Assembly: GCA_024137785.1 (NCBI GenBank)
Contig: JAHRHZ010000155.1
Coordinates: 1,043,191 to 1,091,303 of the forward strand
Direction: 5' to 3'
Length of the DNA stretch: 48,113 bases
Source of the DNA: Ginglymostoma cirratum
Lineage: Eukaryota
The translations under genes were made by a program, and so were the position numbers. The notes under the pieces were generated by a model, which worked only from the letters and a program-made list of their open reading frames with translations, made no database searches and had not been told where the DNA came from. Every line of letters starts with the position of its first letter. The first letter of the stretch is position 1. Below are positions 25,750 to 38,700 of the stretch, piece after piece.

Positions 25750-27380
25750 GCCAAAGGGTAAAGGATGAAGAAAGGCTGAACAGCTTGGGCCCATGCACAT
25801 TCAGATTTAGCAGACTGAGGGTTGATTTTACTGAAACATATAAGATCCTGAGGGGGTTTGATTTTATGGATCATGGACAGAAGTCTTCTCTTGTGGGAAT
25901 CTAGAACCAGGGGACATGGTTTAAGGATGAGAGATGTACGTTTTAAGTTGCAGATGAGAAGAATTTGTTTTCTCTCATAGAACTGTTGGTCTGTAGAGTT
26001 TTCTTTCCCAAAAAGCAAAGGAAGCTGTGTCATTAAATTATTTGAAGGCAAATTGGGTAGATTTTTGATTGACAATGAAGTTGAGAGTTAGGGGACACAG
26101 GCATGAAAGTGGAGTTGAGACCACAACCAGGTTAGCCATGTGAAAACAAAATGCTGGAGTTGATGCAGATCTGAAATAAAATCAAAGGAGGAACTCAACA
26201 AACTTGGCAGCTTCTGTAGATAGAGAAACAATGTTAACATTTTGAGTCCAAAGATTGCTTCAGAGCGCAACAACATTATCTCAGTGAATGGTAGAATAGG
26301 CCTAGAGGGCCAAATGGCCAACAAAAATGTGAAAATCCTATTCCCCTAATATAAAGTTGCCAATTACACGGCCCAGTTAACACTGGGACAGAATTTATTC
26401 TGCAGTGGACTGCATTGAAATGATGTGGTGAATAGAGATGTTTCTGAACCGCAGAGGATTGTGGGTATTCTAACTGCCATTATTTGGCTGATTTACACAG
26501 CGAATAATGTACCAGGGCACCAATTTTTTGAGACACACACTCACATGTTGAAATCTCCTAACCTTCTGGCATATGCAGCAATCAGAATTGACAACCTGCC
26601 TTGGAACCTGGTTCCAATTATTAAGCTGGACTGGTGCTGGATGTAAATAATGAGGAAATAAGGCCAATTGTGGTCTTGTGGAGTCATAGAGATGTACCAC
26701 ATGGAAACAGACAATTCAGTCCAACTCATCCATGCTGACCAGGTATCTTAAATTAATATAGTCCCATGTGCCAACATCTGGCCCATATTCCTCTAAGCCC
26801 TTCCTACTCACATCCCCATCCAGATGCCTTGTAAATGTTGTAATTGTACCCATCTCCACCACTTCCTCTGGCAGCTCATTCCATACACGCATCACCTTCT
26901 GTGTGAGAATTTGCCCCTTAGGTCCCTTTTAAACCTCTCCCATCTCACCTTAGGCCTATACCCTCTCGTTTTGGATTACTCACACTGGGAAAAAGACCTG
27001 TCTATTCACTGTATCCACGCACCTCATGATTTTGTAAACTTCCCCAAAGTCACCTCTCAGCTTCTGATGCTTCAGGGAAAATAGTCCCGGCCTATTTAGC
27101 CTCTTTCTATAGCTCATTCGACTAACCTTGACAATGTCTGTGTAAGTCTTTTCTGCACCATTTCAAGTTTAATAGCATTTTTCCTATCACCTACAGGTCA
27201 GAATTGAATGCGTTATTCCAAAAGTGGACTAGCCAATGTCTTATACAGCTGCAACATGACCTCCCAACGTCTGTACTCAATGCTCTGATCAATAAAGGTA
27301 CATAAACAAGAGGCCTTTTTCACCACCCTGTCTACCTGCGAATTATTTTCAATGAAATAATAACCAGCACCTCAAGGTCT
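25750..27380. mobile_element. CR1 3' fragments (plus ~25750-26330; minus ~26680-27380)
   Basis: LR.DFTETYKILRG and ESRTRGHGL on plus; typical CR1 ORF2 C-terminus and tail on minus. Confidence 0.75.
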
Positions 27381-27949
27381 CTTTGTTACTGGCAGTAATT
27401 GGCTGTATGAATACCCATTGGTTTCTCCCAAATAACTTCATGGGCTGATATTTTGGCCAGATATATAGAAATAATTTTGGTTGATCAAGCTTCACCCATA
27501 CTATGATGGTGGGACCATTCTTGCAAAACATTTCTCCCCACCATCTTCAACCCACACCACACCATGCATCTGCACAGTCTTCTGTTGGAAGTTATTAACG
27601 CAAAAGACATGATAAGTTTTATCTTTCCTCTTCAATCACCTCAGGTGATCAAGACAAGCTCAGGAAATCATACAGACCAAACGTTATCGGTAAAGACAAT
27701 TTCCTCAGTTAGGAACCAGTTTGGCTCTGTCTCTACAGAGAGCCCAGCATACCAGCCAACAGTGAATTCCAAAGTTGTAAATTTTATGGGGAAAGGAGAA
27801 ACGCCTGATATTCACTCCTGTACTACTCAACATCATATTCCCTATACATCCATGATCCTTGAAACTGAAATTGCCGATTAGGAGTCACTCAAGCGAATTC
27901 ATGAAACATGGATTCTAAAATGACACTACAATGGAGACAATTACTAATT

Positions 27950-28285
27950 GGCATGGCATGGTGATTAGCATTGCTGCCCCACAGTGCCAGGGAACCAGGT
28001 TCAATTCCACCTGCATGTGGCTGTCTGTGTGATGTTTGCACATTCTCCCCATGTCTGAGTGATTTTCCGCCAGGTGATCCAGCTTCCTCCCACAGCCCAA
28101 AGATGTGCAGGTTAAGGGGATTGGCCATGCTAAATTGTCCATAGTGTTCAGGGATGTGCAGGCTAAGTGGCTTAGCCTTGGGATATGCAGGGTTACAGGG
28201 ATACAGTTTGGAGATGGGAGATAGATGGAATGTTCTTTGGTTGGTGTGGACCCTTTGGGCCAAATAGCCTGTTTCCACACTGTAG
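27950..28285 (+). mobile_element. HE1-type tRNA-derived SINE
   Basis: ggttcaattcc B-box, V-domain-like core, tail gggccaaatagcctgtttccacactgtaggg. Confidence 0.88.
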
Positions 28286-30539
28286 GGGGTCTGTGGTTCG
28301 AAGACTTCCTTCTTGATGTAAACTATGTGTCATTCTATGCACATTGGCCTGGAAATCCCGATGGACAAATAAATGTTGGAACACTGCAGACCGGAGCTGT
28401 GTGTCAGGACCCTGCGGTATCCCACAGGCAGCTGCCTCCCTGGGAATTGTCCAGGAAATTTGAGATTCTGATCGGTAATTTCCCTGCGTCTGGAACACTT
28501 TTACAGAGTGCATTAAAGTCAGAGGCTTCAGAGGGAATTTCTTTCTCTATGTTTAAAGCTACCCAGGCATCTCGATAGACACTTGAATAGGCATGGAATT
28601 GAGTAATATAGACCATGGAGAGGCAAAAGGCTTTAAGTTTAGAAAGGCATCATATATTATCACAGCCTTTGTGGGCTGAAGGTCCTGTTGCTCTACTGTA
28701 CTGTTCTTTGCTCTGAGCCATTTTGTCATGTATACACTGTCTCACATTATGGTTACTGTGACTGAGCAGGCAGGCTCAGGTTTATGGTTCACACTGCGCT
28801 GTTCAGATGTGGGACCCATGTTTTGGAAGTGTGATGGAAGCAGATTCAACAGGAACTTTCAAGAGGGCATTTGGACACAGTTGAATGAGTGAACATTGAA
28901 ACTAATTGCTTTGATCTATCAGGTAGCCAGAACTGGCAGGATAGGCTGAACGGCCTCTTTTTGCACTGTGTCAGTCTGTGATTTTATGAATTTTAACTGC
29001 TCTGTAGATCAGCAACAAAGGGAAGCCATAAATTTCTGACCTTTACATATGAACTGGTCTGTGTTCTGTTTAACTATCAGTAACGCTACTTCCTTCTTGT
29101 GGTTATTGTGCTGGGGAGACTGAGCAGGAAGTGTCAGGCCAGGACATTCTATTCTGACTGCTGCTGTGTTGTGAGAGTCTCTCAAATCCACATACAGCCA
29201 CGAGATTTACGGAGGCAGTTTCAGAGCTTAAGGTCCAGACAAGGCCACTAATGGGGGACAGCAATAGAGACTAGGGAATGGTCAAGAGGTCGGAACTGGT
29301 GAAACAAACAGACCTCAGAATGTTGTTTGGTCTGGAGGAAGCTACAAATACAGTGATAGGGGTAGGGGCTAGAGATGTCGACACAATTATAGAGGGTTAT
29401 ATGTGGGGGTTGTGGAGAGTGCAGAGATAGGGAGGAGTGTAAGGGCTAGAAGAGGGTACAGACATAGGGAGGGTGCAGGAACTGGAGGAAATTACAAAGA
29501 TAGGGAGGGAGTATGAAACTTTGTCTGAGTTTCACTCTGAGGATGTGCCACTTTGTCAGAGGCAGTACTGGGTGAGTGATGCACTGCCAGTGATTACCTT
29601 CTGAACATGCATTATCTTAAGAACATTTTTGGCACTGTGCAAAAATTCCCCGAAGCCCACATTTGAGCAATGTAGTCGCTTGGAATTGTTCCTCCTGGAT
29701 CTGAGAAGAAAGGCAGGAACATGACAGTGCCACAAATGGCATGAGGCTGTAAATACAATGTGACATTTTTACATTGGAAATTTCCATTCTACTATTAACC
29801 AAAGATTTCAAATAATGTGAGCAAGCTGAGAAAATGTGAGCCCATCTTTGACACAACAAATTTGAATCAAGGCAGAGTTTAATTGATATTTATCTGCAGA
29901 TCAGCCTGAGTATTTTATTCCATTCTGTTAATAAATGTCACAATGTTCATAACTGACATGCTCCTTGGAATTCCTCACTGCATGAACAAGATGCATCATT
30001 CAGAAAGTCTGTTCAGTTCTGATAACAAAAATAAGCAAAGTCATGTTTGTGTTCAGGGCTTTTCGACCATGTTGGCTGTGTCAGTCTTTAGTATAATGGG
30101 GTCACACAGCCGCAGTGGGGAACAGAAGGGATGGAGAAAAGTTTCAGTTTGACGAGGAGGGGAAGGAGAAGCTCTCATTTTAGGTTTCTCTCTCGACACT
30201 AAGAAGCAACACGCTGAAGTTTAATTGCATTCCATTTGCTGGAGACAATTTGCTGGTAAATTTCCGTTTGTGCTGATGTTAAGAATAAGAGCTTTATAGA
30301 TCGAGCTGTCAAGGACAAAAACAGGGAGGTTACACTGAGCATTGAGAAAGCTCTGGTTAGTTCATGAGGAGAGTATTGTGTCCCATTCTGGTCACTGCTT
30401 TTAGGAAGAATGTGAAGTCTTTGAGGGGGAAGGACGTGAGGGGTCTTGGGAGGGAAAAACATGAGAGTTTTTGAGAGGATGTGGAAGAGGTTGACCTGAA
30501 TGGTTCCTGGGAGCAGGGGTTTTCGTGAGAGGGTTCAGG

Positions 30540-30960
30540 GACCAGGTAAGGATGGCAGTTTCCTTCCTTAAAGGATGGCAGTGAACCTGATGGGTTTTTC
30601 CGACAATCAATTCATGGCCATCATTAGATTCTTAATTCCAGATACTTTATTGAATTCAAATGACGTTCTGGGGACCCAGGTTCAAATTCGCCATGGCAGA
30701 TGGTGGAATGTGTATTCAATAAATATCTGGAATTTAGAATCTGATGATGACTGTTATTCCATTGCTAATTGTTGGAAAAACCCATCTGTTTCACTCATGT
30801 CATTTAGAGAAGGAAATTACCATCCTTACCTAGTCTGGCATACATGTGACTCCAGAACCACAGCAATGTGGTTGATTCTTAACTGCCCTCTGGACAATTA
30901 GGGATGGGCAATAATGCTGCCTAGCCAGCAACACCCTCACCCTGTGATTGAATAAAAATC
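30540..30960. mobile_element. Two oppositely oriented copies of a SINE-like repeat (also 41725-41990, +)
   Basis: 30540-30660 is the reverse complement of part of 30665-30960 (aaaaacccatctg..agggaaggaaa..ccatccttacc). A-rich 3' end. Family not named. Confidence 0.75.
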
Positions 30961-31214
30961 TGGAACTCACTGCATATGAGGTGGGGTGGAAGGGGAGATG
31001 CTCAATAATTTCAAATGGAAATTGGATGGATACTTGTGGGAAATAAACTTGCAGAACAATAAAGAGAGAATGTGGAAATGGGACTGACTCAGTTGCTCTA
31101 CAGAGAGAGCCAGCCTGGCTCAAGGGACTGAATAGTGTCCTTCTGTGCTGTAATAAGGTGATGACTTTGAAATGATCCTAACCAGTGCTATTATTGGGAT
31201 TCAGTTCAACTTAA

Positions 31215-31386
31215 CCCAACAGCAGATGTGACTTGGTTGCGCTGACAAAGCTTGAAATAGCCTTTTAGTTTCTTTTAACTGTTTGCTGCTCACAGACACA
31301 AACACCAGCATCAGTGAGAACAACATCCACAATTATACCCCAGCTCATATTCCCAGGATCAGGATCACAGACTCTCTCCTCTGTAT
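31215..31386 (-). pseudogene. Transmembrane exon remnant of paralog B
   Basis: Homologous to 16355-16531 with the same TGA (31345-31347). Acceptor now TG, donor now TT, small indels. Confidence 0.7.
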
Positions 31387-31779
31387 CAAGAAAACACAGG
31401 GAAAGAATTAATCACTTACTGTCCACTTTCAAACTCACGCTGTGGATGAAGAATCAAGATTAATTTCACTGCAACATTTACTGCAATGTCGGTAAATCCA
31501 ATGTAAAATGTATTTCATGTACAATTAATGGATTCATTGCAAATGCTGTGAGAGTTGTCGATCTAAACATTCACCTTAATGTGGAACATTGGTTAAAATG
31601 GATCTTTGCCCTGTTTGGCTCCCTTTCCAATGTTTTTCTCCATTGCTATATGCAGGAGTGCATACTCAAAATGTCCAGGAATGTTGACCACCCTCCAGCT
31701 CTGGTACAAACCAGGCAGGATCTCAGTGGATTGCCTCACAGATTTACATGGCCCACTTCCTAAACAGTTCCAAACTCAC

Positions 31780-32100
31780 CACAAAGAATGAGGAGGAATT
31801 GGGAGTTGTGTGAGGTGGGGGGTGCAGTTGTGGTGAGTGGAAATGTGCGCCTCGCTCCCACAGGCAGTCAGGAGCTTGTGGGACTCCCACAGTGAATGGG
31901 ATGAGAATGTATGACGTCCCACAGAGAATGCTGGGATAATGTGGGACTTGCTGCCGCAGGGAGTTGTAGGGATAGGGGAATGTGGGACACACACCCACAA
32001 GGAGTGGGATAGAATGTGGGACTCACTCCCATAGGGAGTGGGGGCAGAGTGTGGAACTTACTCTCACAGGAAGTAGGGGACAACGCAGGACTTGCTCTCA
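31780..32100. repeat. Degenerate G-rich tandem repeat (GTGGGACT..C CCACA motif)
   Basis: Reiterated gtgggac / ccacag / gagtggg units of roughly 37-40 bp. Confidence 0.55.
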
Positions 32101-32699
32101 TTTGGAGTGGGGGTGAATATAGACCTCACTCACATTGGGTGTGTCAAGGAAAATTGTGCAAATGTATTGAACGGGATGCTGGATAAACACATGAGGGAAA
32201 AATAAATAGGAGGGTCTGGTGATGAGTGTGTATTGGGTAGATGAAGCGGAGATGTGAGGAGCCTCGTTCAGAGCAGAAATGCCAGTGTGGAAATGGGCCA
32301 AGTGGTCTCGTGTGCCGGATAATTTCGGTAATTCAGATGTAGAACACCAGGTCCAATTCAAGAGAGAAAATACACTGGAAATCTCCATCCGATTCCCTGA
32401 GGCAATCAAACCGCATACAGCAAATCACAGCATCCAGGCACTATCTGTTCACCCACTTAACTACTCCATGATGTGACCCAGGGAGATTTACTGGAATATA
32501 TCCATGGATGAGGGACTTCTTTTCATGTGGAGAGAAGTGGAGAAGCTGGGATTGTTCTCCTTAGCACGGAGGAGTTTAAAGGGGAGATTCAATTGATGAG
32601 TTCAAGAAAGGATGAATCAAGAAAGGAAAATCTGGTTGTCACAAAACAGCTGTTTGTGGGATCTTGCTGTGTGAAGTTTGGACTATTGGAAAATGAAGG

Positions 32700-32987
32700 A
32701 CGTCAGTACTAGGTTCTGCTCTGATGGAACAGGTGGGTGAATCACCCTGCAGGTGAGAGTTTGTCCCTGGTGCGAGAGTGATGGTGTCAGGCTCAGAGCA
32801 GAAGTATAGGTCAGAGTGACACCATGCTGAGTTACAGTGTTTGAGACTGATCCAGGTACGGCAGTGGGAGTGTCCTAGGTTAAGGCAGGAGCGGTTCCAT
32901 TGCATGTTGTGTTGAAGCTGCAGCTTAGGCTCACACGCTCACCTGCTGTAATTTCCGTAGGGAAGATTATGGGGTTATCTGTGAAAT
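32700..32987 (-). pseudogene. Siglec domain-2 C2-set exon of paralog B
   Basis: Acceptor ctctgtttgtcAG, phase 1. Reads DFTDNPIIFPTEITAGERVSLSCSFNTTCNGTAPALT*DTP..YTSALSLTPSLSHQGQTLTCRV. Has the CxxxxxC inter-domain Cys; C-strand Trp is TAG (32875-32877); donor missing. Confidence 0.88.
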
Positions 32988-33346
32988 CTGACAAACAGAG
33001 AATAGATCATTTTCAAAAAACATAACATGAAGCATCAGTTCAAATCATAATCTCAGTCTCCCAAGAGAAAGCACTTTTAGAAGGATGATCGCAGAACTGA
33101 CAGTTTACAGAAAATTTACCTCATTTTCAAGTTTGTTTCATTCTGCTTTACACATTCACTTGATGACACAGGGATTGTAAATATTAGGTGAGCGTGGAGG
33201 AGTAGATCAGAGCTTGTGTCGTAATGGTTCATCAACGTCTCATAGATCAGAAAGTAATTGATATCACTGCTGTTTGAGAGAGAGCTTGCTGGGGTCACAT
33301 TGGATACTATGTCTCCTGCATCACATCAGTAACTACACCTTAAGAA

Positions 33347-33468
33347 GGGTCTAGGCCCGAAACGTCAAGCTTTCCTGCTCCTATGATGCTGCTTGGCCTG
33401 CTGTGTTCATCCAGCTCTACACTTTGTTATCGCGGATTCTCCAGCATCTGCAGTACCTACTATCTCTG
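33347..33468 (+). mobile_element. 122-bp Penelope terminal-repeat insertion with 12-bp TSD
   Basis: ACACCTTAAGAA at 33335-33346 and 33469-33480. Empty site in copy A (~16755-16765). Confidence 0.9.
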
Positions 33469-34414
33469 ACACCTTAAGAATTGCTTCATTTCTGTCAGCT
33501 TCTCCTGTAAATTGTCACCGTGCCCCTCAATACTCACTGTCACTACTCCACAAACATTTTCACACACATCAACTTGACTTTTCTTTTAATGTGGTGATGA
33601 ATTGTCTATTAATGGAATACAGAGAGAATCAGATCCCAGCTCCAACCCAATCCTGACAAGCAAAAATCTCAACCCATGGAGATGATTAACAGCCTCAAAA
33701 CAGCTTTTTTAAAAAAAGAGGTAATTTCAGCTAAACGAGTTTAATTTTCTCCAAGACTGCTGAATGTGTCCAGCACTTTCCATTTCTCTTTTATCAGACA
33801 TAGGGAGCAGAATTAGGCCATTCAATCCCTTTAACCTGATCCATTCATCAGGAAGGTCATGGCTGATTGGATTCTGAACTGAACTCCAATTTCTTGCCTG
33901 TTCCTCCCAAAATGCCTCTTTGACAGCTTACTCCACTCATTGTTTTACTTTCTGAAATAATTGCATTGGGTCCTGTCATCAAGTTAGTCTTTATTCACTG
34001 GAGCGTTGTACACTGGCTGTGGCCAGCCAGCTCGGAGTCAGGCCTCAACTGAGTTTCTAATCTCCTGGTTATATTTTTAGCAAAGTGCACATTTTGCATT
34101 CTGATGTCACGGTGCACCAATAAATATCCCGTTTCTAGTCTCACCGATTCTTACTGTACATTTTTTGTCAACTCCTTCAATGGTTGGTCCAGACGACCCA
34201 CTTCCAGGAGCAGTACCTGTACCAGAAAAGTCTTCCGGCATTGCATTAGGCATGCCCCCAGCAGCATGATACAATGTGCTGGCAATTGTGATTGCAGATC
34301 TTCACTAGTTCTTTCAGTTGACATTCATATTTATCTTTCCCTGCTGTCTGGTTCTTATCCAGCCAGCTAATAACCTCAATACATGTGTCCAAAACTTTAC
34401 ACTTGCCATCATCA

Positions 34415-35160
34415 GCTATTTGGCCTACACATAGGGCTAGCGTTCAGCCTACACACGGGCCAAACATTCGACCTGCACACAGAGACAACGGTTGGCCTGC
34501 ACACAGAGCTATCAGTCAGCCTTCACACGTGGCTATCATTCAGCGACACATGGGCCTCTCAGTTGGCCTTCAAGCGGGCCTAACATTTGGCTTACACACA
34601 GGGCTAGCGTTCAGCCTACACATGGGCCAAACATTCGACCTGCACACGGAGATAACGGTTGGCCTGCACACAGAACTATCAGTCAGCCTTCACACGTGGC
34701 TATCATTCAGCTACACACGGGCCTCTCAGTTGGCCTTCAAACAGGCCTAACATTTGGCCTACACATTGGGCTAACGATCAGCCTACACACAGGCCTGTCG
34801 TTCAGCCTTCACACGGGGCTAATTTTTGGCCTTCACACGGGGCTATCGGTTGGCCTTCATACGGGGCTATCGGTTGGCCTACACACAGGATATCATGAGG
34901 CCTACATATGGCGATACACAAATGCACAATGCAAACATGAAGGCAAAGTCCACACACAGAGGCCCGATCCATACATGGAGACCCGATACACACACAAAAG
35001 CCCAGTGCAAGCACAAAGGCAGAGACAACATATGAAGTCCTGGTGCACACATGAAGGCACAGCCCACACACGAAAGCACAATCCACACATGAAGGCACAG
35101 CCTACACATGAAGGCTTGGTCCACAATCAGAGGCCGGGTACACACATGAAGCTCAATCCA
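34415..35160. repeat. 24-bp minisatellite with 168-bp higher-order duplication, then a second 24-bp array
   Basis: 34415-34582 is nearly identical to 34583-34750. Units ttggcctacacacggggctatcgg, then cacacatgaaggcacagcc. Confidence 0.85.
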
Positions 35161-35714
35161 CAAACTAACACAGCGGCACAGAGGCTGGGTCCCGTCAGCA
35201 AGTCACCCTTCATTTTACTAGTACACTGTACCACAGCCAGCTCAGAGTCATTCCTCAATTTAGGAGATTATAAACTGCTTAAATTGATGAGCCAGGGCTT
35301 CACTGATTGGCCCAGATTAACAACCCCAATCAAGAACCTCATAGTCAGTGAAGGCCCACCTGATCCCAATCACTACATTCCTGATCCCCTAAGCCCAGGG
35401 CTATGCCATCTGCTATGGTGATCTGCTCTCACCGGTATTAAAAAGGTTTCAATCTGAGTTGCGACAGCCCTTTTGTTTCCCCCATTACCACTAGCTGTTT
35501 CAGTTTCTCTAGCTCCGGATCTTTGTGTGCCCACAGTCAGATATTTTTGGCAGTGACTGGAAGGGTGCCTGAAAAGTTTAAAACCAAAACGGACTCTTCC
35601 CAGCGAGGCACCACCGGTGGAGTATCTGCCAGTGGGACGCAGCTCAAGGAATCCGCATGGGCTACTTGGCTTCCTGGATGGTGTTCTAACTTGTATGAAC
35701 AGAGAATAAAGGCT

Positions 35715-38700
35715 TGTTATGGACTAGGCCAGATCCCCTCAAAATATTTTCAGAAGGCAGTCTAGACCCTAACTTTTCCTTATTTTAAGGGCAGGTGTGA
35801 AATGGTTGTTCCGGATGCAACTGCCAAACCACTCAGCTTTAAGCAAAACATAATTTATTTAAACACTACACTTAAAGCACAACGAAAAGAAATTGGAATT
35901 GAGAGTAATTTAATTATTGGAAAACTTAACCAAACGATGCAGCAACGTAACTAATTAACTGTTCCGACGTCGTAACATCCCATAAACACACCTCTTGGCA
36001 AAAAGGTAAATACGACCACAGAGTCTTATAATCAGGAGGGAACAATATCCCAAGAGATTTCAGAGAAAGTCTTCCAGGAACCCTTTACTGAAACATGCTA
36101 TTCTTCCAGACTCACACATCTCATGACAGTTGCAGCTAAAGAAAAACAACGAAACATGAACTGAGAGAACTGGTCACTCCCCTCCCATTGTTGAACTGTT
36201 TTTTAAAAAATCTTTTGGCTTTAATAGTTGACTTAACCAGTCTCTTGTAGCCATTTCAGCGCCTCTGCCTTTATAACCTCTCTTCAAAAGCACCCAGGAC
36301 AAAATAACCTTTTTACAGTGTCAGCATTGGCACAAGTCCCCCTCACTTCATTTCAAAACCCTTAGTCTTACTCAGTTCGTATAGTACAATACATGTACAT
36401 TACATTGACTCTAAACATGCAAACATTCACTGTGCACTACTATATCAGGCCATTTAGACCACAAGACCATGAGACATAAGAGCAGAAATTAGGCCATTCG
36501 GCCCATCGAGTCTGCACCGCCATTCAATCATGAATGATAAGTTCCTCAGCCCCATTCTCACGCTTTCTACCTGTAATCCTTGATCCCCTTGATTATCAAG
36601 AACCTATCTATCTCAGTCTTAAATGTATTCAATGACCTGGCCTCCGCAGCCTTCTGTGGCAGTGAATTCCATAGATTCACCATTCTCCGGCTGAAGAAGT
36701 TTCTCCTTACCTCTGTTCTAAAAGGTCTTCCCGTTACTCTAAGGGTGTGCCCTCGGATCCTAGACTCTCCTACCAATGGAAGCATCTTCCCAACATCCAC
36801 TCTACCCAGACCATTCAGTATTCTGTAACTTTCAATTAGATCACCCCTCATCCTTCTAAACTCCAATGATATAGTCCCAGAGTCCTCAAACGTTACTCAT
36901 ATGTTAAGCTTTTCATTCCTGGGACCATTCTCGTGAACCTCCTCTGACCCTGCTCCAGGACCAATACATCCTGCCTGAGATATGGGGCCCAAAACTGCAC
37001 ACACTACTCCAAATGTGGCCTGAGAAGAGCCTTATAAAGCCTCAGCAGTACATCGCTGCTTTTATATTCTAGTCCTCTCAAAATAAATGACAACATTGCA
37101 TTTGCCTTCCTGACTACTGACTCAACCTGCAAGTTTACCTTGAGAGAAACCTGGACTAGAACTTCCAAAAAAATAAAAGGCTTCTGAATTTTTTTCCCAT
37201 TTCGAAAATAGTCCATGCTTTTACACTTCTTACTAAAGTGCATGACCTCACACTTTCCCACATTTTACTCCATCTGCCACTTCTTTGCCCACACTCCTAA
37301 CCTGTCCAAATCCTTCTGCAGCTTTTACTCCTGCCACCGGACGCCTCCATCTTTCTTCATCTAAGTCGTGACAATGTGTCAGCAATTACGTTATCTCATC
37401 CTGCTGCGAGTATAATTTTCAAATTGAATGGTTGCAGGCACAAACTCCATCTAAACACTGTGCAATTTTTGTCCATATATTACTCCAAAAGCATTAATGG
37501 CTTCTGATCAGGGTATACAATTGTGTCAGGCACATTACTAGCAATGTAAATGTTGAACTGTTGTCACACCAATACCAAGCTCAAGGTCTCCTTCTCGATC
37601 TTGGTATATTTCTGTTGATATTATTCAATTTTCTGGAAAAATACCCGATAGGTCTTTCAAGCTTCTCGTCATCGTTGTCTTGCAAGAATACAGCAGCGAC
37701 GTTCACATCACTCACATCAATAACCACCTTGAAGGGCTTTGTGTAATGAGGTGTGGCTAACCCTGGGGTAGTGGTTAACACAGCTTTCAGGCTGTCAAAT
37801 GCCTTCTGACAGTCTGCTGCACACTGAAAGTTTCTACACGTCTTCAATAGGTCAGTTAGGAGAACAACCACACTGTTAAAATTCGGTACAGATTTCCGAT
37901 AAAACCCATTCAATCCTGGGAATCATAGTACTGTTGTCTTCGCCGATGGCACAGGAAAATCTCCAATAAACTTTGTTTTCACCATCTGTTGAGCCATCTG
38001 CCTACGTCCAATAACATGTCCCAGGAACATGACTTGGGTTTTTGCAAACTCACTCTTAGCCAGATTTATCACCAAGTCTGCCTCCCAAAGTCGATGGAAT
38101 AATTCTGATCAATGCTGCAAACGTTCCTTCCATATGTGACTAAAAATCGCCAGGTTGTCAATGTATACCGCACAATTGGGTAATCCGGAAATGACTTTAT
38201 TGGTTAGTCTTCGAAATGTGGTGGGCACGTGTTTCATACCAAATGGCATGACTCTAAATTGATATAGTACGTTCAATGTTACGAAAGCCGAAATTGTCTT
38301 CATTCTTTCAGATAAAGGTACCTGCCACTATCCTCAGAAATATAAGTTGCTTGTCCCACCTTCTCAATACAGTCTTCCAAACGTGGAATCAGATATGAAT
38401 CAGACTGCCAACTACACTGACTTTGTATTAGTCTACACATAATCGTTGGATACGATCTGGTTTTGGCACCATTACTATGGGTGAGCTCTAGTCAATGCAA
38501 CTCACTTCAATTATGTTGTCTCAGAGCCTGTGTTCAAACTCTTTTTGAACCTGTGCCAACTTTATAGGGTTAAGTCTGAAAGGACGTTGCTTAAATGGAA
38601 CAGCTTTCCTATATCAACCTCATGCATATTTAGATTACTACTTCCCAGCTTATTCCCGCATATCTCCCCATGCAATAGTAATAACTCTTTCAGTGCATTT

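Noticed and set aside
27380-27940. Possible highly decayed RT-like sequence (RYIE, LYREP, HP*SLK)
   Set aside because: Motifs too weak to call without a profile search.
27950-28015. tRNA gene
   Set aside because: It is the tRNA-derived head of a SINE, without a full cloverleaf.
34492-35421. 309-aa ORF with GLHTGLS repeats
   Set aside because: Product of a stop-poor 24-bp minisatellite, open in several frames and not conserved in copy A.
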